Source of the DNA: Eledone cirrhosa
Taxonomy: Eukaryota
Direction: 5' to 3'
Assembly: GCA_964016885.1 (NCBI GenBank)
Contig: OZ024742.1
Coordinates: 242,358,001-242,422,000 of the forward strand
Length of the DNA stretch: 64,000 bases
Part shown: positions 44,992 through 59,195 of the stretch, in pieces
How positions within the stretch are numbered: position 1 is the stretch's first letter
Layout of the letters: each line of letters starts with the position of its first letter
The notes under the pieces: model-generated
The model's database searches: none
The model's input: only the letters and a program-made list of their open reading frames with translations
What the model was told of the DNA's origin: nothing
Position numbers and translations under genes: made by a program

Positions 44992-45651
44992 TATTATATA
45001 TACTAGCAGAAAAACCACCCTTCGGGTGGTTTTCTGCTGACCAGTGTAGTGTGTATATATATACATGTAGATATGATACATCAAATAAAATCGTAATTGA
45101 CAATATATAATACATAGAAATTGATTATAAACTGCATTAGGAGAAAATTAGTGACAGAAAATTAGTATGTTTATTTAAGCGAGGGCCAACCGGAAATTTT
45201 AAAGAAGTGAATCTTTAAACAAAATATGTTTAATCAACAGCCACGAAATTTAGTGGATTATTTATTCAAAGTAATCCATCTTATTTTACAAACGGAATAA
45301 AAAAAAAATCGTACGCAATCCCTCAGACCTTCCTTTATTATAGTTTAGATATATATATAATAGAAAAAATATATGAAACATATTTATTGCGTATCGACAA
45401 TGTAAACGAAACTTCCTCGTTTTTTCTATTATATACACTCTGCCTGTGCATAGAGTGCTTGATTTGGTACCAACGTATTTCATCGTACTACCTACACTAT
45501 ATATATATATATATATATAAACAAGTATTGCACCAAAGAAAATATCAACATCGGGGAGAATTGAGATCAGGAATTTATTTGTTTGACATATGAAAAGCAT
45601 ACCGTCGGTAAGCAGTTTTCTTGTTGAAGCATTCATTAAACATTATCTCCC

Positions 45652-45653
<2 letters not shown>

Positions 45654-45719
<66 letters not shown>
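45654..45719. repeat. (CA)n microsatellite
   Basis: Directly visible. Confidence 0.97.
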
Positions 45720-45720
<1 letters not shown>

Positions 45721-45807
45721 CCGTATGTGTTTGACAGCTGAGACAAAAGAGTACTAGATACCAAAGTAGAGTTTAAATATTCATTTTATTAAAGCTAAAT
45801 AGTGAGT

Positions 45808-45855
45808 CCGGTTACTCTGGAGTTTCGCTGGTTTATCAGAGGGTCATCAGACAAG
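45808..45855 (-). ncRNA. Degenerate type I hammerhead-like motif
   Basis: rc: CTTGT-CTGATGA-ccctCTGataaacCAGc-GAA-ACTCcaGAGT-A-ACCGG, then AATAAA; imperfect stems I and II. Confidence 0.5.
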
Positions 45856-45889
45856 TGTTCTTGTCTGATGCAGAGTTAAGCTCCCACTA

Positions 45890-46040
45890 TTGCTGATACT
45901 CATTTTCAGTTGAGTATATTGGGGCAACGTGAAATGAAGTGTTTTGCTCAAGAACACAACACATTACCAAGTCCAGGAAACGAACCCACCGAAATTATGA
46001 TCCTAAGTCTAACATCTTTACTACTACGCCGCGCGCCTCC
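45890..46040 (-). mobile_element. tRNA-derived SINE family B (CORE-like centre)
   Basis: rc: GGAGGCGCGCGGCGTAGTAG...GGGTTCGTTTCCTGG...GTTCTTGAGCAAAACACTT...ACTCAACTGAAAATGAGTA. Confidence 0.75.
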
Positions 46041-47759
46041 ACATTACTCCCGGGACATTATATTATCAGTATGTGTATATCTGTAACTAGATAAAACATT
46101 TAAGATATATTCATCTTCAATACTTTATGGTTGTTTTTAATTAAACTTTGGAATTTTCACGGGGTCGACTAATTCATAATGAGACTGTGAGTTCCATAAA
46201 CAGTTCATTGGCTTCCATTGTTATTTATTAGTATATGAAGATCGGACTTATCTCTCGTCCTGCTTAAAACAACATTATAATAACCTCTTAATCTGTTCCA
46301 CTATTATTTTACTTCTCTTACTCACTCATTCATTCAGCCATACTTTATTTGCTTGCCAGGTTAATCACTATAGTAAACACTACATCTTTTCGCAACGTAC
46401 ATTTATTTTACGACTTCTAGTGTCACTGAATTCTTCTCTATTTGTTGTTTGACACCACTTACTTTAAAAAGATTATCTCCTTACCGTGACACCGAAATCA
46501 CATAGCTAAATTACAAATTTCAAAAGACCAAAACCCAAAGAGGACTCCATGAATCGGTTATTAGCTAGAAATTAATAAATTATTCACACTTACCTACATG
46601 GAATTATAATTTTCTTCATCATTAATTTGAAACTTTCTTACTTTACTAGATTTGCCTTTCACAAGTTCGTTATTCATTGACGAACATTACTCAAGAAACG
46701 GTATCTTCTGCATGTAGTCACCTTTTTCTTGTTTCTCTTCCTGCTCTCCTACTTCATTTTCATTCTGAAATTATATATACCACGGCATCCAGGAAGTCGT
46801 TAGTGTCAAATTTGGCATCAACTAATACTTTGCTTTCAGCTATTCATACTTTTTTCAATCTAGTCTACATCTTTAAATTATTAGCATCATCGTTATCTAC
46901 ATCACTACCAAACCCATAATAGTCATATGGGAATACACACTTATTTCAATCTGACAGTTCTTGTATTATTCATTGGCTATTTAAAACTATATTAGTTCTT
47001 TTTTACTTTCGCTCCAATAAATTCGTCTTTCGTATTCTTTATTACATTTCTCCCCATTAAGTAGCTCATAATTGGTATTAATGATCTGTTTTATATAAAT
47101 CCTGCTTTAGTTGAAGAAACGGTGAATCCACATTTTGAGTGTTCGGAGGGTCAGGCTATCAGCATCTAGTAGGGATTGTGTTGAGAGATCGATGATAATC
47201 TGTGTTATTCAAGATGCGAGGAAATACGATGTCTTGCTAATTTTAGCAGGGTGGGGGATATTGCCTGCATTTCCTTGTATTCAAAGGATAAATACAAGCG
47301 CAGAGTATAATAACTTCCTCTTTGATCTATGGAAGTTTGTGATAAATAATTTAAGAGAAAAAATGGTCCGATGGTTTTATTGTGTTTGTTGCGATTTTGA
47401 ACGTAATGATGTATTACAGAAGACTGAATCAATCTACTTCTTCGATGCAACTCTCACTCGCTTTCTTCTGTTTCTTTAAAGCAGAAAATGAGCATTGAAT
47501 GAACAAACGTCAGATATTGTAGTTGTAGACTAAAGAAAAGTAAGTGACATACAGAAATGTTGCGAAATTCTCTGACACAGAATATCGTTAATTTTTTTAA
47601 TTATTTTTTTCATGTTTAAACACATCGTAAATTTGTTTAAAATTATCATTAAGTGAACGCAAAGTATTTATGTGTCTAGGTTTTAGAAATGTAACTTTGT
47701 AAGTTACTGTATGATTTTGGATATCGGGATGAAACGAATCTTTTGAATAATATTACTAG

Positions 47760-48102
47760 ATAGAGCGTGTAGCTCGGAGATCATGATACAGCCGCTACTT
47801 CTTAGAATCGAGAAATCACAGCTCCAGTGCTACAGACATGGAGTTAGAATGTTTAAGGAAAGGATTGCTGGACAGATTTTACGGGCAAGAACAAAGTGTG
47901 GGAGACTCAGAAGTAGACCACTATGGTTGGATAACATCCATGAGGAATTTTGGGAAAACGGTTACTTTTTTTAAGACCCACTAGATAGCGTGTCTGATGA
48001 CCCAGGCACCACGACCCTCCCAGGAAGAAGAAGAAGAAGAAGAAGAAGAAGAAGAAGAAGAAGAAGAAGAAGAAGAAGAAGAAGAAGAAGAAGAAGAAGA
48101 AG
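47760..48102 (+). mobile_element. RTE LINE 3' fragment with (GAA)n tail (48023-48102)
   Basis: IQPLLLRIEKSQLQCYRHGVRM...GR..SRP.WLDNI followed by a long GAA run. Confidence 0.75.
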
Positions 48103-49656
48103 ACATAGATTTCATTTTATTATAAGTACAGTACATTTAAGCCGTGCAAAGATAGATTTCCTTCCCATTCTTATCATTATATGAACTGCAGCTAGTCAAA
48201 ACTTGTACAATTTGCAGCTGAAATGACGATATTTCATATCCCGAATAACAACACTGTTCTATTCTCGTGAATATACCTGAAACTCAATTATCAAAATTAT
48301 TTATTTGTTAATAAGCTTCTTTTATCTGTGTAGTGATAGCACCATGGAGGTATTGTCATGCGTTTAAACTTGAATCAAGTGAGGAACAGTTGTTCAACAT
48401 TAGCATCCCTTGATACAGGTTGAGTTAGATCTGAATGCATTGGATAACCACGATATCTATATGGTTTCATTGTATTTTTAGCATTCCACGATTAGACTGT
48501 TGAACTCACTGAAGTTCTCGTCCCTTCCAGTCAGTCTTCACATGCTAGATTTAGCACTTATAAGTGAATGAAGGTTTGCAATTCAACTACTAACCTTACT
48601 TAATTTAGTCGGCTTATCTAATAGGAGACGGGGAATCGAAGGTTAAACTTTATTACTGATAGTTGTTTTGTAAGTTGATAGTTCTTAATTGAAATTTTCG
48701 TATTGGCAAATGTTATATTAGCCTGGCGTCTCCGTATTAAGGACATATATTTAATTCGTATATAAACTTGAGTGACTTCCGTCCGTCCGTCACACTCTGT
48801 GTGTGTTTAAGTGAATGTATGCGTGTGTAAAGGGAATGATGGGGATGTTGGAAAAACTATAACAAAACAGTGGTTGGAGTTCCATTTACTACGCTGTGAG
48901 AGTGTATGTGTATGTGTGGGTTTGTGTAAATGTATGTATGTGCGATTGTATATGTATTTGTGTGAATGTGTGCCTGTAAGTGTGTACTTTTGTGTGTCAG
49001 TGTTTGCGCTTTTATATTTATATACTCATACGTGTATGTATATGCACATACTCGCGCGTACACATATATACACATACGTGTCAGCGTGTCGAAAAAATCT
49101 TAGTTTGCTTAAAATTCTGAAAACTGGCATAATTTCCAACATAGCATGTCATATATATCTTCGATGCTATGTGACACAAGCAACTATCTGAAATTAGATT
49201 CAATCAACTGCCTCTTATCATGCATATTTAGATGCCTTGTCATTCACATGTTGAAATATTATGACTTAATTTGACTATAAGACATGTCTAATACATTAAT
49301 GTTCCTCCCTCTAATAAATGTTTTGTATGATGACCCTGAGTTTACCATTTAATTAATTGCGTAACATGGTATTATTTTACCCCTTTATTATTTATTTCAA
49401 AACGTATAATGTTTTTTTTTAGTTCACTAATCGTATAACGTTTGTACAAATATGAAAATGTGCAAATACATTTAACACCATATACACGTACTCTAATATT
49501 CATGTAATAACTTGAATATATTCAATTTTATACAGCTCCGTTTTAACTAAAGTGGTCTGCTTGTGAATATTTCATCTTTCACTCTCTTTTGTTCATTTCA
49601 GTGAAAATCTGTTTTCAGCGCTATTCATTTTAAATTCGTTCATTTATACAGATTTT

Positions 49657-49726
49657 CTTATTAGAATACAGCACTTATTAGAATACAGCACTTATTAGAA
49701 TACAGCACTTATTAGAATACAGCACT
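49657..49726. repeat. 17-bp tandem repeat x4 (CTTATTAGAATACAGCA)
   Basis: Four contiguous copies with no spacers. Confidence 0.95.
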
Positions 49727-50048
49727 ACATTCAAATTTAAAGTGCATACAGCTCTAATTAATTATTGAAGTATGTACGAATCATGTAAAACATATCAAAT
49801 GTTAATTTTAAGAAGCAGACTAGAACAGCGCATGGATTAGAGGGAATTATCATTTCTCTCTATTTCTTATATTTTGACCAATGAATTTCATGGATCATGA
49901 ATTCAGATTTAATTATTCTGGTTGTGTTTTTTTTGTTTTTTTTTTTATTTTTTTTTAGCAGTTTTATCTTTATCCCAACCACGTAAAAATTTCAAAATCT
50001 ACTCTGAGAGAAACATTGCTGTATAGTGAAGATTATATTAAACAAATA

Positions 50049-50110
<62 letters not shown>

Positions 50111-50123
50111 ACATATATACATT

Positions 50124-50161
<38 letters not shown>

Positions 50162-50198
50162 ATAAATAAAAGATAGTTGCTTTAGATCATCTCTATTT

Positions 50199-50273
50199 AT
50201 TTTATTATATATATTTCGAAGATACAAGGCTTATGTATAACATAATCGAAAACATGTTCTCGTCAGACAAAAT
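50199..50273 (-). ncRNA. Type I hammerhead, stem III (AU)4
   Basis: rc: ATTTTGT-CTGACGA-GAA...TTATGT tat ACATAA...TTC-GAA-ATATATAT-A-ATAAAAT; tail runs into (AT)n. Confidence 0.75.
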
Positions 50274-50474
50274 GCATAGGAGATGCAGATTTCTTTTGAT
50301 ATACTGGCGGTCAAACAAGCTGGACAGATTGGTGACAAATAAGCATATGATTAGTAAAAAAAAAAACCAACACAGGCGATGTTACGTAAGTAAGAGAAAA
50401 ATACAGTTGGACTTAACGTTTTTGAAATTTTAAATATAACGTAATTAGATTGGTAAAAGGATTTTAAAAATATT

Positions 50475-50589
50475 TGTTTCTACTTTAGGCACAAGGCCAG
50501 CAATTACCCAGTTCATTATTGGTACTTTATTTTATCGACCCCGTAAGGATGAAAGGCAAAGTCAACCTCGGCGGGATTTGAACTCAGAT
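50475..50589 (-). mobile_element. 5'-truncated SINE family A with 14-bp TSD
   Basis: ATTTTAAAAATATT at 50461-50474 and 50590-50603. Confidence 0.88.
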
Positions 50590-50657
50590 ATTTTAAAAAT
50601 ATTGACCGTTAGTCAGCTTATATGTTACTTATATTAGCTTAAAATAGATACTATAGA

Positions 50658-50765
<108 letters not shown>

Positions 50766-51694
50766 CGAAAGAAAAAATATTTTAGGAAACTAAACAATAA
50801 AGATTAGGATTATAAAATTCAACGGTAAACTATCCATGTTTATGTATCATTTAAATTGGTATTATGTGAGTGGAAAGATATTTAACAATTCGTATGGCTT
50901 TTTTATATAACTGATATGGTTATAATGCTATGAGATAAATTAATTAGTTCAAAAGAAGAGATGCAATTACCTGGCCTAACTTATCTTTTCAACAATTATA
51001 TTTAAGTAGGTTTATACGTATAGAGGAACGTATTAACTATTTGTGTAATTATTATTATAAGAAAAGATGTATGTTTTATAGCCTAGTTAATATATATTAA
51101 ATTTAATTTGCTTATATACTAATTAAAGATAAGTTAGATGAAAAAGTTATAACGAAAAAAATATATTAGCTTACTTATTTTGTCTCTTCGTCGTTATTTT
51201 CTATGTAAACATAATAAAATTGCTTAAAAATTATATAAAGAAGCCTTACTTGTTTAATTTTTTTATTAAGTTTAACTAAAGACTCCGTGAAACGTTTTCG
51301 AAAATCTGTGAAGACAAGAACTGAATATTTCGGATCGTTTATTAATAATTAAATGCCTATTATAAATGACATGTAGAATTTCTGTGGTACAGATGTCACA
51401 TCCTTTAGATACGGAAGTAGTTTTATAAGGCAAAGCATTAGAAAGTTTCTGCCAAGAAAGGGAATATTCGATATTATTACCCTTAAGTGACCATTCAATT
51501 CAGAAAGGGCCGTACTAAATCTTTTATCTTCTCTCTTGAAAGAGTTCTTTAAATTTTGAAGAGGCGGCACTAATATAGTTATAGGACTTTTGTTTTAACT
51601 GTGCATTTATAAGCTAAATGAAGATCAAGACAGTTATTGTTTAACGGGCAAAAATAACTTTCTTTACAATTACAATTGCTTACGTTATTGTTAA

Positions 51695-53930
51695 TTGATG
51701 CCACTCTGTGACTATAAGTCGCATAGACTAATGGAGGAGTTTGAAAACGAGATGATCAACATTATCTCCAACCTCAAATTCTCCGGAAACCCACCCAGAA
51801 GTCAGGAGTACCTCAGACACCTGGGAAACCGGATTACAATACTTAAAGAGACAACTGGAATACTTGTCCATGCTGACAAAAGCAACAACCTCTACAACAT
51901 GGACACTGAACTGTATAATAAGCTAATTATCAGGGAACTGAGGAAGTGCTACAAAAAAGGACGGCCCCATACCAACCAAGGGAGCCGCGGATTACCCTTA
52001 AAGATCACAAACCAAACTTTGAGTCCGACCTCCCTGTTAGACTAATAGCCCCCCCCCCCCCCAGATCGTCAGTAAAAGAATACTAGATAGGATTTTGCCC
52101 AAGCTTCGGAAAAAACTAGATTACAGCAATGGTCATACACGGGAGAGGTAATAGAATGGTTTAAGATACTACCTGAGAAAAGTAAGACCAGCTTTATCCA
52201 ACTGGATATCGCAGGCTACTACTCCTCAATCTCCCCCATAGTACTCAACAAGGCCCTATTTTTAGCGATGTCCAATACGGACCTAACCCGAGAGGAGATG
52301 AGCATCATCCACGCCGCAAGAAAGACCTTAATTTGTTTCGATGGAAACCTTTGGACCAGGAGTGATTGGCCAAATAACTTTGACATCACAATGGGCTCCA
52401 GCGACACAGCAGAGGTAACGGACTTGGTTGGGCGCTTTCTGCTGAAGCAGATAAAAGATGAAATCCCCTGCCTGGGTGGCGGATTATATCGTGACGATGC
52501 TCTCATCACAGTATATGACCACAGCACACTATGGTGGAGAGAATGAAGAGGCGTATTCGCCATTTCTTTAAGAACCAGGGGCTCAGTATCGAACTAGACC
52601 CAAATAGAAATGTAGTTAACTTCCTAGACACCACCCTAAACCTGAACACCGAGCAATACTACCCCTACCACAAGCCCAACGAGAAACTTGTGTATGTTAA
52701 CGCCAAGTCAAACCACCCTAGATCCATAACCAACGCCGTGGTGAAGAGTGTCTCGGACAGGTTCTCCAGCCTGTCCGCAAATAAGGAAATCTTCGATAGC
52801 AACGCGGAATATTAGAACGCAGCTCTAAATAAGGCGGCACATGGCCAAAATATAACATATAGTCCGAGGCGCCGGGATGGTGATGGCCCAAAGGACACCC
52901 CCATCCGCGTTGTCCGGGAGGGGGCGAACCGTAACAATACAGGCAGAACAGAAACAATTAAGCATCATGAGCCTGACACAACCACACGGGAGATGGTGAC
53001 AAGTACGCTTAACCATGAGAAGAAACCCAATGCGAGTAGCAGTCTCAGGGGTGATACTAACCACCCCGGGCCCGATGACCCCAACCGCAGGACACGTGGG
53101 GGGGGGGGGGGGTCACGGGGAACCACCCCACCGTAGATCTGCCAGCGCGGGCAACAAGCACCCCACAAATTCGGGCCGAGAACATAGCAAAACACATAGC
53201 ACCCAAAGGGGAAGCAACAATGCAGGAACCACCAGCAACCCAACAACTCTCCAACAACTCACGACGCCCTGAACCCACCCATATAGGAGTAGACGCAGAA
53301 AAATCACGTGGTACAACCCACCTTACTCAGCGGCCCTAAAGAATAGCTTGGCCCGATCATTCTTTGGAGCACTTGATAAATGCTTCCCGAGCGACCATAG
53401 ATACCACAAGATCTCACCCAACAAACTCAAACAGAACCGGGGGAAGACCACCATGTAACACGTAACGGGTACCCCACACTAGACACGAAGAGGTCGACCA
53501 CCCTCTGAAAAGCAGAAACCCCGAATCATGCCCCCTTAGTAATGAATGCCTTAGGAAGAACCTAATATACGGATGTAGAGTTAAAACCCCCAACTCCGAA
53601 CACCTCTACATAGGAGCCACATCAACGAGCTTTAAAAAGCGTTAGTATAACCATCGCCATTCCTTCAATAAGGAGGTCAAAAGGAAAAGTACGGTTCTTT
53701 CCGACCTGATCTGGAAGCTTAAACTGGACAGGACCCCGTACTCTCTGACCTGGTCCATAATCAGGAAAGTACCACCCGATAAAGGGGGATCTGGCATATG
53801 AAAACTATGTCTGAGCAAGACCCTCGAGATACTAAGAGGTGGAAGCCGCCTGATAAACCTCAGAACCGACTTCTTCGGGACATGTAGACATCCCAGGGCC
53901 GAGACCTTCCTCAAGCTATATGGACAGTAA
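51695..53930 (+). pseudogene. PLE RT-GIY-YIG polyprotein, multiple stops/frameshifts
   Basis: ADKSNNLY, FDITMGSSDTAEVTDLVG, GLYRDD, VNFLDTTLNL, PYHKPN, TWYNPPY, CPLSNECL..NLIY, LYIGAT, LIWKLK, KLC, CRH. Confidence 0.9.
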
Positions 53931-54978
53931 CAACACACTGAGATGTGAACTCCCCTCAATCTATAGGGACTTCTCCAGAACATGTAGACACCTCTCGGTT
54001 GGACCTCCCTCAAGCTATATGGGCAGTAACAACACCATAGGTTGGGAACTCCCCTCAAGCCATAGGGACCCATCCAGGCTGAGCAGACACCATGATAGCC
54101 TAGAGATTGATTCTGACACAGCCTTTCTAATTTGGCCAACATCTTTATAACTTTGAGATTGGTTATAACACATACACATTTTATTTTACTTTATTTGAAT
54201 CTTCATTTTCTTATTTTTCATTTATTTTCTATTTTCTTCATTTTATTGCCTTTTATTTCTTCATATGCATGCCCCCTCCCCACCATCACCACCACCACGA
54301 GAAATGGTGGCAGGATGGAGGCAACCACACACAGATACTTATAAAATCAGCAGCAGCAAGACCTAGGCTGACCGCAGCACCAACACCACTACCAAAATAA
54401 GAGTAGCGGTCAGATATACTTAACAATAGCAAAAACAAACGCTGAAGATAGCCTCACCCCAGAAAGAATTTCTATAGATTTCTATAGATTGCTGACTGAG
54501 GAATGCTCTCACAACTGACCAATGGGAGGCGTGAATCTTACAAATCTTTATAACGTTGAGATTGGTTATAACACACACACATTTTATTTGATTATCTTAT
54601 TTTATTCTCTTACCATATTATTCCTTCTACCATTTTTATCATTTTTACCATTTTATCATTTTTTTTAGCTGACTCCAACACCAACACCACTACCAACATA
54701 AGAGTAGAGGTCAGATGTACTTAACAATAACAAGAACAACAACTACAGATTTCTTGGCCTCAGAACGAATTTCTATAGACTTTTGACTGAGGAATGTTCT
54801 CACAACTGACCAATGGGAGGAGAGGATGTCCTCTGACACTGAAATTCGTTTGTTTAAATTCATATGATTCCAGTCCCTCAGTGAAATAACAACCCAACCA
54901 GGAACTGCGCATATCAGAGTATTGACAAAGTTAAACACCTCAACAACATGTCTACTCCTCTCTACCACACTAATTCGG

Positions 54979-55033
54979 ACTGCCTGAAGAGGTCACAGCC
55001 AAAGATGGCTGTCACCGAAATATATATACCAGT
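54979..55033 (+). ncRNA. Type I hammerhead, stem III (AU)4
   Basis: ACTGc-CTGAAGA-GGTcACAGCCA aaga TGGCTGTcACC-GAA-ATATATAT-A-cCAGT then AATAAA; first stem I pair is mismatched. Confidence 0.75.
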
Positions 55034-55176
55034 AATAAACGAAGCCAAATTTTAAATATTTGACTTATTTATTTTAGTTTATTTTACATTACTCTGGAGT
55101 AACCAAACCAACGTGAGCACTTCGTCGAGTGCTCCAATCTGCATACTGAGGTGTTGGTATACAACCAACGTATACT

Positions 55177-55226
<50 letters not shown>

Positions 55227-55255
55227 GCGACTTATAGTCGCATATATATATATAT

Positions 55256-55505
55256 GTGATGGCGTATGGCTTAGTGGTTAGAGCATTGGGCTTGCAATCG
55301 AAAGATTGTGAGTTCAATTCTCGGAGCGGGTCATGTGTTATTTCCTTGAGCAAGACACGTTGCTCCAGTTTACTCAGCTGTAGAAATGAGTACCGGCCTG
55401 CCCGCCCAGCCAGTGGGATGACGTTATCTTATGGCTAAAATAGCACGAAAAAGTGCTGTGACCAGCGGCGCCGATTGGCGCCCGACAGACTGGTCGGTCA
55501 AGGTG
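55256..55505 (+). mobile_element. tRNA-derived SINE family B followed by (TG)n
   Basis: TGGCTTAGTGG A-box, GAGTTCAATTC B-box, CCTTGAGCAAGACAC, ACTCAGCTGTAGAAATGAGTACC. Confidence 0.78.
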
Positions 55506-55575
<70 letters not shown>

Positions 55576-57418
55576 ATGCAGAGAAACATTTTACTGTAAT
55601 AGTCGTGCAATTTTTAGGGTTTAGCTGTGGTCCTTTTTATATATTGGTCTTACCAGCATACGCGGTCAGGATTGAATCACCTTCATTTTTAACTAAGTAT
55701 GATATAACCGTAGTCAGTGCCAGATTCCTAATCACACAGATGATTCGTAGAAATTAGAAAAAAAACACCGTGTTCTTACCCTTCATCGACTTTAAATCTG
55801 TCTTCGACATAATCTGGAAGATGATCCTACACGCACACACACCAACACAGTAAAAAATATTAATCCTGTTAATGCCTTAGTCATGTGTGCTCAGCTGACG
55901 AACTAGATCAAGTATGCTATACCCGATAATTTCATCTTTCTCTTAGTCTTATTTTGAAATGAAAATACTAGTTTGCATATAATTAACACTCGTGTTGGTA
56001 ATTAATTAAGATATATAGTAAGAAGTGCGCTATCAGCCGAAGTGTATGATAAACGAATGCCAATTACCCTATATTAAACAATATTATTTGCGATGTTCCT
56101 TTTGGTATTTCTTTTCTTTTCTTGAATGAGTAGAGAGGTTTTATATTTTAGCATTGTGAAAAGTAGAAAATATGTTGTTCATGCAATATTTCAAGTGTAT
56201 TAACAACGAATATAATTTGAAATTGCTTCAATCGGATATTGAAACCTTGTTGCCATCTCGTCATGCAAGAATCTAACTTCTTGCTCAACAGAAATTGTCA
56301 GTATCTTAACAATAATCTAAGTATCAAATTCATCATAATTATCTCTGTTTTCAAATTAGGCATTATCTAGCTTGCAAACAAATCACTCAAGTATTCGGTT
56401 TCCTTTGTATTCGCATCCGTAACATGTTCTTCAACATAGCCTCTACGTAGTAGCTCAACCTACGCCAAATAGCATCCAAAATCTCACCGCAAACACACGT
56501 TGTAGTTTTAAAAGAAAGAAAAGTTCCATTGATAAATGTAATGCTGGATATACAATATCTGAAAATGGTCTGGATAGTCATGATTGGAACACCACTGATA
56601 GGAGTTCGACTTGATCAGAGCTAACTTATGACTTAATAACTAAGAGTAAGATGTGGATTCAATACGGCGCTAAATGTATAGTGTGGAATTTTGGCTTTTC
56701 GCCTTAGCAATCAGCAACAGGACCCGTTACGAATTCCAGAAATTCTTATAGGAACATAGCAGCTATTTGTAGCACATACATCTCCAAACAGAAATAGAAA
56801 TCTATATAATCTATATTCTATTTCAATAGGGCTGTAGGCTAACTTTGCATAAAGAAACTAATGAATTGACATCATATTCTTTTGTAATATGATACGTGAA
56901 ACTGAAAGTATCTCGGGTTATTTTTTCTTTACAAATGCTGGGGGACGTCCTCTCCTCAGATATGTTTAGATACATGACGTCACAATACATGTATAGATGC
57001 CAGCCGCTATTTTAAAATAACTATTATCGCTATTTTAAAACCTTAGATGTTAATTTGGAACGTGACCAGCTGGATGGTATGTTTCGCTTAAAAATACCCA
57101 ATACTATGTTGTTTAAGAACATTTTAATCGGTTACACAATACTTCTCACGTTTCATTAGTTGAGGGTTCATTAATTATGAAACATTTTAAAAGTTAATAG
57201 TTGATTGAATAATAATGGATAGTTGAAGAGGTTCTCGATTAACGACACTATATTAAAAACAATCAGGATTAGCACTGTTCGATTTCAAATACCACATGAG
57301 TTAGCAATCATTCTCGCTCTGTCCGGCTCAATACCGCTCTAACTTAATTCAATTTGTAATTATTAATAATAAATTGGTATAGGTGTGTAAATACGATTAC
57401 ATCAACCCTGCGTATCTT

Positions 57419-57578
57419 GAAGGCGGCGAATTGGCAGAGTCGTTAGAACGTTGGATACAATGCTTTGCGTTATTTGTTTCGGCTCTCTGCTCTCGGAGTT
57501 AAAATCCCACCGAGATCAACTTTGCCTTTCATCCATCGAAGATCGATATAAGTACCAGTCTCGTACTGGGGTCGACTT
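57419..57578 (+). mobile_element. Diverged SINE related to family A
   Basis: GGCGGCGAATTGGCAGAGTCGTTAG...TTTGCCTTTCATCC...AAGTACCAG. Confidence 0.75.
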
Positions 57579-58589
57579 TTCCTCTGTATCTTTTTCTCAC
57601 TTCAATTCTCTCAATCTCTATCCTTTTCTCTGAAAGAAATCTGCTATGTTCAGACCTAGAGAGTTTTAAAATGACCTGGAAATGCCGTATGTCCATGCGG
57701 CACCAATATTACTCAATCAGGAGGTACGGGATAAAGGGAGAAATACATACCTGATAATTATTTTATCTCTCACTGCCCCCTCCCCCTCTCTCTCTCCGCT
57801 ATCTCCCGCCGGAAAGTGTTCAGCAACGTCGAACCCAATTATAGTTTGAACTCAGAACCTAGAACTCTGAAGCTATTTATTATATTTATTCTTGTTTCAC
57901 ACGGCCTTTGTTATAATGGATTATGAGTAAGTTTGCTAAACTACACGACCACGTTAATAAGGAATGCGTCCTGGGTATAATCAACAATTTATTCTCCTAA
58001 GTACTTATATTCTCAACGCGAGAGTGATTAAACACTAAATAGGATCGTATGAAATTTGTTCTCAGCAAACAAAAGGCACGGTCGTGAATAAACTGAACAT
58101 TTGATATACTACTTGAAGCATGTTTGCATATTTAACAGTTAGTGACATACTCGCTGATGTTTTGTAGATTAATAGTAGTTTGTTTCATTTTAGCTGCAAT
58201 TATGATGCACTGCATATTTTAAGCAAAGGAATAAAGGGAATCATCCATGGTCTCTTCCAGGTTTCTGGCAAAGATAAGAATGGTGAAAGTTATATTCAAG
58301 CGGGAGATATCTGTTCTTAATTCTGGTAAGGGCACTCAAGAAACAGGGAGTAGTTTCAAAGCAGGAAGATATTAAGTCTATCATTCAAGTACAGGAAGAG
58401 TCTCTTGGACAGTCTTTCATGCAGATTTCACCTACCTAAATTAAATCTTAAGACTTTGGAAGACGGGGGGGGGGGGGGCTATGATAGAAGCCTCCTTTTC
58501 ATTGGAATCGTACAAGAAACCAAGCAGTTTCAAAAAGAAACACAAAGCCAGTTATTTCTAATATTTGCGGAAGGATAGCAGTTTGAAAG

Positions 58590-58670
58590 GAGGGGAATTA
58601 AATGGTTCTTTATTTTGTCGGTCCCAAAATGATGAAAGGCAAAGTGGACGTCGGGGGGATTTGAACTCAC
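58590..58670 (-). mobile_element. Degenerate SINE family A fragment
   Basis: GATGAAAGGCAAAGTGGACGTCGGGGGGATTTGAACTCA. Confidence 0.6.
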
Positions 58671-59195
58671 TAATTAACACTGTCCTCACTAAAAGTCCTT
58701 ACTAAAGAGCACAAAAGGATTTTTGTCCGACGTTCAAATATTTTGCTATTCTATCGTCGATTTAATAACGGAAATATCATGGGTTTGACCTTCATACTAG
58801 CCAGCTTTCAATTTCCCTCTTTCTGTAACTCATATATTATCTAAGTGTACTCAAGATACTGCTAATCCACCACCCTCCAATGTCTATTAGTAATAAAATA
58901 GATTATTCTGTAGTTCACGAAAATCATATCGGTAGATTTAATTATCACATTAGAATATTGAGATACAGCATCATAGGATTTGATCGCCAAAGCAACGTTT
59001 CTACCTTAACAAATCAAAAATTGTTTTAGTATACAACAAGATTTTGTCGGAGTACATACACACTTTTTAGTTACTATTTGCTCATTATGATACAAAACCA
59101 TTCATTTGAGACTTGGGGATATAAGCGTTCTTAATTCACTACTGCTAATTATTTTTTATAGTCCGAAAGGATAAATAATGTATATCCGGCATGAC

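Larger units (their letters stand above)
51695..55160 (+). mobile_element. Penelope-like element 4 (GC-richer family): decayed RT + GIY-YIG, 3' UTR with direct repeats, hammerhead, tail into (AT)n
   Basis: Coding ~51695-53930; UTR repeats (~53875-54070; 54145-54530 vs 54550-54820); HHR 54979-55033. Confidence 0.85.

Noticed and set aside
47990-48184. Poly-Arg ORF and nearby CTGATGA
   Set aside because: (GAA)n tail of an RTE fragment; no GAAA or stems to complete a hammerhead
49657-49726. 17-bp repeats as a CRISPR-like array
   Set aside because: No spacers, eukaryotic context; ordinary minisatellite
53799-53801. In-frame TGA at the first Cys of the GIY-YIG CxxC (possible selenocysteine, as in some Naiad PLEs); an out-of-frame TGA also lies near the CxC at 53506
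   Set aside because: The same frame has a TAG at 53643 and the element has many other lesions; no SECIS recognised. Simple decay is more likely unless the family consensus retains TGA.
55256-55330. tRNA gene-like sequences here and at 7335, 59196 and 59470
   Set aside because: SINE heads: no complete cloverleaf, and they continue into SINE bodies
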